From positions 11,112 through 75,111 of the forward strand of contig CANGJU010000001.1 in the NCBI GenBank assembly GCA_947453935.1: a stretch of DNA of 64,000 nucleotides, in the 5' to 3' direction. Shown here piece after piece: positions 56,631-64,000 of the stretch; positions within the stretch are counted from its first letter, which is position 1; each line of letters starts with the position of its first letter. The translations under genes were made by a program, and so were the position numbers. The DNA comes from Bacteroidota bacterium. GTDB taxonomy: Bacteria > Bacteroidota > Bacteroidia > AKYH767-A > OLB10. A model generated the notes under the pieces. The model had not been told where the DNA came from, ran no database searches, and saw nothing but the letters and a program-made list of their open reading frames with translations.

Positions 56631-57663
56631 TTCTTCGGATACCCACGCCGTTAGACACATTAGGCACAATACATCCATGCTGGTAGTTAACTCCTTCAAA
56701 CGGATCATTGCTAATTAATAAAGGTCCGTCTAAATCAACCCAATCGGCCAGACCTGCTAATTCCGCCGCTGCTGCTGCACCACAGGTGCTCTCCGACATA
56801 CAGCCTATTAATATTTTCTTTCCATAACGTTTAGCTGTCTGAATTAAATTTTTTCCGGCTGCTAATCCTCCGCATTTCATCAGCTTTACATTAATGCCAT
56901 CGCAACTGTTTTTTAGGATGTCAAAATCGCTGGCATTCTGAATAGATTCATCAAGGATAATAGGTAACTGAATATTTTTTTTCAAATCACGTAAATGTTC
57001 ATTCATAGCAACCGGCATTGGTTGCTCTACAAACAAACATCCGAGTTCTTGTAAAAAATGTATTTGTTGTGTTGCTTCTTCCACCGATTTCCAGGCCTGA
57101 TTTGCATCCACACAAAAATCGGCGTTGGTAAATTCTTTAAAAGCTCGAATACGCTCTAAGTCATTTTCTCCTCCTAATTTATGTTTGAAAAGCGTAAATC
57201 CGAGATGAGATTCAGTAGTAACCTCTTTAATTTTTTCAATCATTTCCTCTACGCTACTGATTCCAAGTGTTACACTGCAACGCACATTAATGGCAGCGGG
57301 CACTTCCAGAATTTTACGTGCAGGTATGTTTGCTAATTGTCCGCATAAGTCATGCAAGGCAATATCCATAGCGCATCGTAAGGGTGATGGAATATCAGAG
57401 TTGGACAATGAAACTTTTTGTAATAATCCGAATAACTCTTCATAGCTATGAATGACAGAAGGAAAATAAAGAATAAAATCATTAATCAGTTGATGCACAT
57501 CATAACCCAAATAAGGCGGTAAGGCTGCTTCACCAAATCCTTCTTTATCATTAGTGCTTGCGCGAATAAAAAGTGAGTCGGTGCCCGTACGCGTACCATG
57601 CGCAATACCAAAGGCTCTTTTAAAGGTCAGATGATAAGTAAAAGGAGTAAGTTTAATTTCCAC
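56605..57663 (-). CDS. Enolase-superfamily dipeptide epimerase/OSBS-like enzyme
   Basis: KxK ... D ... E ... D metal ligands in a MR/MLE-type barrel (KLMKCGG, ILDES). Confidence 0.65.
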   Translation of the reverse strand: MEIKLTPFTYHLTFKRAFGIAHGTRTGTDSLFIRASTNDKEGFGEAALPPYLGYDVHQLINDFILYFPSVIHSYEELFGLLQKVSLSNSDIPSPLRCAMDIALHDLCGQLANIPARKILEVPAAINVRCSVTLGISSVEEMIEKIKEVTTESHLGFTLFKHKLGGENDLERIRAFKEFTNADFCVDANQAWKSVEEATQQIHFLQELGCLFVEQPMPVAMNEHLRDLKKNIQLPIILDESIQNASDFDILKNSCDGINVKLMKCGGLAAGKNLIQTAKRYGKKILIGCMSESTCGAAAAAELAGLADWVDLDGPLLISNDPFEGVNYQHGCIVPNVSNGVGIRRIKDLAFSA

Positions 57664-57731
57664 GTGCTAAATATCTGAAAATATCTATAACTTTTTGTGA
57701 TACTAGGTGTTTTATTAACTTCACACTAGCA

Positions 57732-59033
57732 ATGAAGATGATTCGGTCGAGTAAATTTTGGTTTTGGTCAATAGTCGTATTGATACACGTTGTGTTTTTT
57801 TCGATTGCTATTCAGAAGAAAAATTTCACAACCAAAGATTCATTGGATTATTTATGGCAATCGCAGAATTTAAAAGCAAATGGGTCCTGGTATTGCGGCG
57901 ATATGAATCAGGGGATTATTCCTGCATTGTATAACCAACGACCTCCAGCTTATGGTGCTTTCTTATCGCTGCTGAATGTAGATACTGCACTCAACAATAT
58001 TTATTTATTGCTACTTGTACAACTTGCGCTTAGCTTACTAACGATATTCCTATCCGTTCAATTTGTAAAATTGTTTTTAGGCGAGGAATGGAATCGTTTA
58101 TGGCTATTGATACCATTAGTGTTTTTTCCATCGCAGTTTGTTTACTGCAATATGGTGATGTCGGAAATTCTCTTTCAGTTATTCGTCTTACTATCCATTT
58201 ATTTTATTGCACGATTAATCAAATACAGTCAGATGAAAGACCTTTGGTGGTCGCAGTGGTGCGTAGCAATTTCAATGGCTGTAAAACCCGTCATGTGGTT
58301 GTTCCCTTTTGTAGCTATTGTTAGTTTTTTGATTCACTTTTTCAATAAAAAAGTAAAGCTGATTGCTTTAATCACTTTCATAATTCCATTTACAACAATC
58401 GGTTTGTTTATGGGATACAGTCATGCGAAAACAGGCATCTGGGAGTTTTCAAGCATCCAGCGAAAGTTGATGATTAATTATAACTCGTATGCGATACTGA
58501 AAGATGTATTCAACGAGGAGGAGGCTGTCAAAACAATCAGTGAATTTCAGAACAGTGTAGATACATTGCCTTACGTGGAAAAATGTAAGCGTATCGATGA
58601 GTTCAACAAAGAAGTCGTTATGCATCACCCCATGAGTGCTATCAAAGCGGAGTTGTCAGGTATGTTTCGGTTTTTTGTCGGACACCCGCGATGGGATTTG
58701 GAAGTGTTTTCTATTGGAAATTTAAATGTTATTCAACCCTTCCGACCTGATTCCCGTATAGCGTCTATCGCTTATTATGCGTATCTGTTGGCTTGTTCGT
58801 TTATAGGTTTGATAATTTTACTCGCGTTCCTGAAGTTTATTTTTTCTCCTCATATTTCTTATTCACTTCGTGGATGCATTGCGAGCATCGTTATTTACTT
58901 CGCGATTGTTACTGGTCCTTCAGCAAGCACACGTTTCCGATTGCCCGTTTTTCCTGTACTCATGGCTACATTCTGTATTGTTGCTCATGAAATATCCATC
59001 AAAAGGAAATCGGCTGCTACATATGCAGAATAA
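57732..59033 (+). CDS. Polytopic membrane protein (putative glycosyltransferase family 39/ArnT-like)
   Basis: About 10 TM helices. Lies upstream of lnt. Family assignment is tentative. Confidence 0.45.
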   Translation: MKMIRSSKFWFWSIVVLIHVVFFSIAIQKKNFTTKDSLDYLWQSQNLKANGSWYCGDMNQGIIPALYNQRPPAYGAFLSLLNVDTALNNIYLLLLVQLALSLLTIFLSVQFVKLFLGEEWNRLWLLIPLVFFPSQFVYCNMVMSEILFQLFVLLSIYFIARLIKYSQMKDLWWSQWCVAISMAVKPVMWLFPFVAIVSFLIHFFNKKVKLIALITFIIPFTTIGLFMGYSHAKTGIWEFSSIQRKLMINYNSYAILKDVFNEEEAVKTISEFQNSVDTLPYVEKCKRIDEFNKEVVMHHPMSAIKAELSGMFRFFVGHPRWDLEVFSIGNLNVIQPFRPDSRIASIAYYAYLLACSFIGLIILLAFLKFIFSPHISYSLRGCIASIVIYFAIVTGPSASTRFRLPVFPVLMATFCIVAHEISIKRKSAATYAE

Positions 59034-59050
59034 ATTAAATTTGCAGAGTT

Positions 59051-60664
59051 ATGCAAGTTTCCAACTTTACTATCAAACATAAAATCATCAGCATTTTGTT
59101 ATTCGCATTATTCATGTGGATGGCATGGCCTGCTGGTGGATTAGCACCTTTATTATTTATTGGGTGGTTACCACTTTTATGGTTAGAGCAAAATGTGTTG
59201 GAGCAAAAGCGAGCAGGAGTGAAAGTCCGTTTATTCTGGTGGACCTACCTCGCATTTATACTTTTTAATTTAGCAACAACATGGTGGATTTACTTCGCAA
59301 GTGGAGGTGGAATGGTTGGTGCTGTATTAGCCAATTCATTATTAATGGCAGGGGTATTTAATGTATTTCACTGGGTGCATAAACGCTTGGGTGATTTCTT
59401 CGGATATGCCATGCTGTTAGTAGGGTGGGTTGCCTTTGAGCATTTGCACATGGACTGGGATTTATCGTGGCCCTGGTTAAACATGGGAAATGGTTTTGCT
59501 GCATGGGCCGATATGGTGCAGTGGTACGAATACACAGGAACCTTAGGTGGAACTATCTGGATTTTGCTCGTCAATATTTTACTGTTTCTGTTCATCAGCA
59601 AAGCGGAATTCAGAACGAAGAAAAACATTCTGATTACTTCATGCATTATCGTTTTACCATTGCTAATATCATTCGTCATTAAATCAAACGTGGATGATAC
59701 CGGTAAATCAATTGAAGTGGTAGCCATCCAACCTAACATCGATCCTTACAACGAAAAATTTTCGGGGATGTCGAGTGATGATCAGGTAAAAAAAATAATT
59801 CGCTTAGCAGAAAGTAAAATCACTCCTAAAACAAAGTTGGTGGTCGCTCCAGAAACCGCTATTCCCGATGCTATCTGGTTAAACGATGTACCTGTTCATC
59901 CGAGTGTATTGCCCTTCATAGATTTTGTCAAGAAACATCAAGGCGTTCACTTTTTATCAGGCCTCACTGCATTAGAGTTGTATATGGATCCTGCTAAAAA
60001 ATCAGCTACTGCACGACAGATTTCAAATGGTGAAGCTTACTATGATGCATATAATGCCGCGACCGATTTCTACGATAGCACGAATTTCCCCATGCATTAC
60101 AAATCGAAGTTAGTTCCAGGTGTTGAGAAAATGCCTTTCCCGGCTTTCTTCGGATTTTTCGAAGAGTACGCGATTGATTTAGGAGGGACTGCAGGTAGTT
60201 TAGGGAGCAAGAAAGTGCCTACAATTTTACCAATAGGCGACGGAGTAATTACCGCACCTGTTATTTGTTACGAGTCGATTTATGGAGAGTACGTAGGCGA
60301 ATACGTAAGACAAGGAGCCAACTTAATTTGCATCATGACCAACGATGGCTGGTGGAAAAATACTCCAGGGCATAAACAGCACTGTCAGTATGCGCGCTTG
60401 CGGGCAATTGAAACCCGCAAGAATATTGTTCGCTCTGCCAATACAGGAATTTCTTGCTTTATTAATTCAAGAGGAGAATTAACCGATATAACAAAGTGGT
60501 GGACAGATGATGTCATTCGCAAAGAAGTGTTCATTCACGATGGACAGACATTTTATACCAGTCACGGTGATTATTTAGGCCGTATTGCGTGTTTAATCGT
60601 TGGATTACTAATGATAATTACCATTCTTTCCTACTTCCCCATTGGTATTTTTAAGCAGGAATAG
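59051..60664 (+). CDS. lnt: Apolipoprotein N-acyltransferase
   Basis: N-terminal multi-TM domain plus C-N hydrolase domain with E (VVAPE), K and C (VICYES) catalytic triad. Confidence 0.8.
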   Translation: MQVSNFTIKHKIISILLFALFMWMAWPAGGLAPLLFIGWLPLLWLEQNVLEQKRAGVKVRLFWWTYLAFILFNLATTWWIYFASGGGMVGAVLANSLLMAGVFNVFHWVHKRLGDFFGYAMLLVGWVAFEHLHMDWDLSWPWLNMGNGFAAWADMVQWYEYTGTLGGTIWILLVNILLFLFISKAEFRTKKNILITSCIIVLPLLISFVIKSNVDDTGKSIEVVAIQPNIDPYNEKFSGMSSDDQVKKIIRLAESKITPKTKLVVAPETAIPDAIWLNDVPVHPSVLPFIDFVKKHQGVHFLSGLTALELYMDPAKKSATARQISNGEAYYDAYNAATDFYDSTNFPMHYKSKLVPGVEKMPFPAFFGFFEEYAIDLGGTAGSLGSKKVPTILPIGDGVITAPVICYESIYGEYVGEYVRQGANLICIMTNDGWWKNTPGHKQHCQYARLRAIETRKNIVRSANTGISCFINSRGELTDITKWWTDDVIRKEVFIHDGQTFYTSHGDYLGRIACLIVGLLMIITILSYFPIGIFKQE

Positions 60665-60745
60665 GATAGGTATTTAATCGATTTTCTTTGCTTTTACATT
60701 CGAATTACTTGTAAATTTGCGGGCAATCAATAAAATCAAACTGAA

Positions 60746-62152
60746 ATGGCTTCATATGATGCAGTAGTAATTGGTGCTGGTCCTGGTGGTTACGTAGCAG
60801 CAATTCGTTTAGCGCAATTAGGAAAGAAAACAGCTTTAATAGAGAAATATAATTCCCTTGGTGGAACTTGTTTAAATGTTGGATGTATTCCTTCAAAAGC
60901 ATTGTTAGATTCATCAGAACATTATCATCAGGCAGCGCATCAGTTTAAAGAGCATGGTATTGATGTAAAAGGATTGTCAATCAATTTTGCTCAGATGATT
61001 CAACGCAAAGATGATGTAATCACGCAAACGGTGCAGGGTATCCGCTTTTTGATGAAGAAGAATAAAGTGGAAGTGATACATGGCTTTGCTTCATTTGTAG
61101 ATGCGAACACCATCAATGTGAAAAAAGAAGATGGAACCGTTGAAACCATCAATACTACAAATACTATCATCGCAACAGGATCAAAGCCTTCCAACTTAAA
61201 AGGCGTTACCATCGATAAGCAGCGTATCATTACTTCTACAGAAGCATTAAAGCTGAAAGAAATTCCAAAGCATTTATTAATCATAGGTGGAGGAGTTATC
61301 GGATTAGAATTAGGAAGTGTTTATGCACGGCTAGGCGCAAAGGTTAGTGTAGTAGAATATGCTGATTCTATCATTCCAACGATGGATAAGTCGTTAGGAA
61401 AGGAATTGCAAAAAGTTTTAGCTAAGTCGGGAGTAGAATTTTATTTATCACATGCGGTAAGTGGTGTTGAAGCAAAAGGAAAAAATGTGAAGTTGAAAGC
61501 AACTGCCAATAAAGATGGTAAAGAGTTAGAGTTAACCGGCGACTATTGCTTGGTATGTGTTGGTCGTTCGCCTTATACCGAGAATTTAGGATTAGAGAAT
61601 GCAGGCATCAGCAAAGATGAGCGCGGAAGAATTATCGTTGATGAGCATTTACAAACAGCAGCAAAAGGTGTTTACGCTATTGGCGATGTTGTAAAAGGAG
61701 CAATGTTAGCGCATAAAGCAGAGGAAGAAGGCACATTTGTAGCAGAACAAATTGCAGGGCAAAAGCCACATATCAATTATCTGTTAATTCCAGGTGTTGT
61801 TTATACATGGCCAGAAGTTGCTGCTGTCGGACATACCGAAGAAGAATTAAAAGCACAGGGTAAGGCATATAAGTCGGGAGTGTTTCCATTTAAAGCAAGT
61901 GGAAGAGCGCGTGCGAGTATGGATTTAGACGGATTTATTAAGGTATTAGCCGATCAGGAGACAGATGAAATATTAGGTGTTCACATGATTGGACCTCGTT
62001 GTGCCGATTTAATTGCGGAGGCGGTTGTAGCTATGGAATACAGAGCATCTGCAGAGGATATTGCTCGTATGAGTCATGCCCATCCGACCTTCACGGAGGC
62101 CTTTAAAGAGGCTTGCTTAGCGGCAACGGATAATCGAGCTATTCACATATAA
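60746..62152 (+). CDS. lpdA: Dihydrolipoyl dehydrogenase
   Basis: FAD motif GAGPGGY. Redox-active CLNVGC disulfide. NAD and dimerisation domains. Confidence 0.9.
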   Translation: MASYDAVVIGAGPGGYVAAIRLAQLGKKTALIEKYNSLGGTCLNVGCIPSKALLDSSEHYHQAAHQFKEHGIDVKGLSINFAQMIQRKDDVITQTVQGIRFLMKKNKVEVIHGFASFVDANTINVKKEDGTVETINTTNTIIATGSKPSNLKGVTIDKQRIITSTEALKLKEIPKHLLIIGGGVIGLELGSVYARLGAKVSVVEYADSIIPTMDKSLGKELQKVLAKSGVEFYLSHAVSGVEAKGKNVKLKATANKDGKELELTGDYCLVCVGRSPYTENLGLENAGISKDERGRIIVDEHLQTAAKGVYAIGDVVKGAMLAHKAEEEGTFVAEQIAGQKPHINYLLIPGVVYTWPEVAAVGHTEEELKAQGKAYKSGVFPFKASGRARASMDLDGFIKVLADQETDEILGVHMIGPRCADLIAEAVVAMEYRASAEDIARMSHAHPTFTEAFKEACLAATDNRAIHI

Positions 62153-62158
62153 AATGTT

Positions 62159-62190
62159 AAGGTCTTATTACAAAATAAGGCCTTTTTTTT
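62159..62190 (+). terminator. Rho-independent terminator
   Basis: AAGGTCTTATTACAAAATAAGGCCTT plus T8. Confidence 0.7.
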
Positions 62191-62259
62191 ATTCATTATT
62201 TTTTTATTTTTGATAGACAGAAAATACAGAAATAAAATAACCCGTTACATTTAGTTATT

Positions 62260-63924
62260 ATGAAAAAAAATTTACTAGTTGTTGCATTGGTGTTAATATG
62301 CACTAATGCATTGTATGCACAAACGCCAGCCTGGGTATGGTCAAAATCAGTAAGCGCGCGTTTAGACAATGATGCAAAAGTAACTGCAGTTAGAGATGCG
62401 GCAGGTGGTATAATTGTATCAGGACAATTCGATGCGAATGCTCTATTTGGAGCCGCTAATCTTCCAATTACTGGTACAATAGATTTGTATGCGACTAAAT
62501 TCGATCAAGCTGGTACACCTGTATGGGCAAAAGGATTCGGAGGTTTGTCAAACATTATGTTCCCAGGTGGAATTGTAATGGATGGAGCCGGAAATAGTTA
62601 TTTAGCAGGTTCATATTCTTTTGGAATGACAATTAACGGTATTAATTATTATTCTGCAGGTGATAAAGATGGTTATATCATTAAGCTGGATCCTAGTGGT
62701 AATGTAATTTGGGTAAAGTCGTTTGGCTCAGCTACACCACAAGCCTTTAACGGAATCGCAATTAGTGGAAATAACATTTATGTTGCAGGTGCTTATTCAG
62801 GTACTTTCAATGCAGGATCAGTTACATTGCCTGCAAGTAATGGCGGAAGCACAGACGCAATGGTAATTGCATTTGATACTGCAGGAACTGCTTTATGGGC
62901 TGCTACAGGTGGTGGTGCCGATGAAGATTATTTTTATGGTGTATCTGCTTCATCAACTAACGTATATGCATGTGGTGCAGTTCGTGGTGCATCAGCAACA
63001 TTTGGCTCAACAAATCTTACTGGGGCTGGCTCAGCAGATGATATTTTAATTACAAGACTTACAACAAGTGGAGCATTTAATTTTGCCAAGAGAGTAGGCT
63101 CTACAAGTACAGATCAGGCAACACGCATCGGTAATGATGCTAATGGAAATATGTACATCAGCGGTAGCTTTTTAGGTGCTGTTAATTTTGGCGGCACTAT
63201 CAGTTTAACATCAGTGGGTACAACTACCTACAGCGATGGTTATGTCGCTAAGTATGATGCTTCTGGAAATTGCCTATGGGCTTGTCGACAGGGTGGTGCA
63301 TCAGATGATATTACAACATCGATGGAGGTCGCTTCAAACGGTTATGTATACATCTGCGGTTACTACAATAATTCAACTGTTACATTAACCACTACAACTG
63401 GCACCCCAGTTACTTTAACTAACTCAGGTGGTGCTGATGGATTTGCAGCTAAATATAATCCATCAGGGAAAATTCTTTGGGGAGTAAAAGCTGCTAATAC
63501 CAGCGATGATCGTCCAAAAGCAATTGTGAGTGATAACAACGGCTATTGTTATCTGATGGGCAATTACTTTGGCGCTATGACACTTGGCACACTGGTGCCT
63601 GTTAATTCAATGCCTCTAAGCCCTAGTACCTATATCGGCCGTTTGAATGGATTTACAACAGGTTTTCAGGAAGTGAAAGCTCCAATAGATTTCTTGCTTT
63701 ATCCAAACCCCTCTACAGGGCAAGTTAATATTGAATTGCCAGAAGGTAATTACATGAATGAAATTGAAGTGTATTCAATCACAGGTCAACGCGTCCATCA
63801 TTTAGAAATGGACATGCCATTAAAAAGCACTACGCTTGATTTAACAGGACTAACCACCGGAGTATATCAAGTAAAAGTTTTAACTCCTGATGGATATACA
63901 AACCAGGCTATTCAGATTAAATAA
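62260..63924 (+). CDS. T9SS cargo protein with SBBP beta-propeller repeats
   Basis: Signal peptide. Repeats (AGTPVWAKGFGG, SGNVIWVKSFG, SGNCLWACRQGG). Por C-terminal tail. Confidence 0.7.
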   Translation: MKKNLLVVALVLICTNALYAQTPAWVWSKSVSARLDNDAKVTAVRDAAGGIIVSGQFDANALFGAANLPITGTIDLYATKFDQAGTPVWAKGFGGLSNIMFPGGIVMDGAGNSYLAGSYSFGMTINGINYYSAGDKDGYIIKLDPSGNVIWVKSFGSATPQAFNGIAISGNNIYVAGAYSGTFNAGSVTLPASNGGSTDAMVIAFDTAGTALWAATGGGADEDYFYGVSASSTNVYACGAVRGASATFGSTNLTGAGSADDILITRLTTSGAFNFAKRVGSTSTDQATRIGNDANGNMYISGSFLGAVNFGGTISLTSVGTTTYSDGYVAKYDASGNCLWACRQGGASDDITTSMEVASNGYVYICGYYNNSTVTLTTTTGTPVTLTNSGGADGFAAKYNPSGKILWGVKAANTSDDRPKAIVSDNNGYCYLMGNYFGAMTLGTLVPVNSMPLSPSTYIGRLNGFTTGFQEVKAPIDFLLYPNPSTGQVNIELPEGNYMNEIEVYSITGQRVHHLEMDMPLKSTTLDLTGLTTGVYQVKVLTPDGYTNQAIQIK

Positions 63925-63944
63925 TAATTTGAATAGGTAACAAA

Positions 63945-63978
63945 AAACCCCTGTAGTATTTACTGCAGGGGTTTTTTG
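63945..63978 (+). terminator. Rho-independent terminator
   Basis: CCCCTGTAGTATTTACTGCAGGGG plus T6. Confidence 0.65.
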
Positions 63979-64000
63979 TTATTTGTTGTTTCTGATTTTA

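Noticed and set aside
1-64000. tRNA or rRNA genes
   Set aside because: I checked all intergenic spaces for T-loop-like GGTTCGA/GTTCAAAT motifs within cloverleaf-sized GC-rich stretches. None were found.

Overview
This is an AT-rich chromosomal segment (~36-38% GC) that I place in Bacteroidota. The signal peptides have the typical MKK...AQ form, the promoters have the Bacteroidetes-type -7 TAnnTTTG box, and there are many secreted proteins ending in T9SS (Por) C-terminal sorting domains. Housekeeping genes are readily recognisable: kynA, acs, plsC, mtgA, metK, ruvB, queG, ubiX, tdk, a murF-alr fusion, radA, lnt and lpdA. Between them lies a rearranged accessory region of T9SS cargo genes. The points of most interest follow.

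(1) A ~210-bp upstream cassette is conserved at three loci. It is bounded by inverted AGTGGCAARTA repeats and contains a perfect 20-bp palindrome, AATAAGTAATATTACTTATT. In each case it precedes a paralogous secreted-protein operon, so it is either a shared operator/promoter module or a possible DNA-inversion switch.

(2) A ~970-bp direct duplication (promoter, a 144-aa gene and the 3' end of acs) brackets an 11.5-kb island that encodes giant beta-helix T9SS cargo proteins.

(3) A 3.3-kb two-gene operon is present as a second copy in inverted orientation 44 kb away.

(4) An H-NOX (heme-NO binding) gene overlaps an HNOBA-domain histidine kinase by 4 nt.

(5) An IS200/RAYT-like HUH transposase is flanked by two different families of hairpin (REP-like) repeats, including a 3x ~85-bp tandem array.

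(6) There are several GC-rich structured islands in otherwise AT-rich non-coding DNA.

I saw no rRNA, tRNA or CRISPR.
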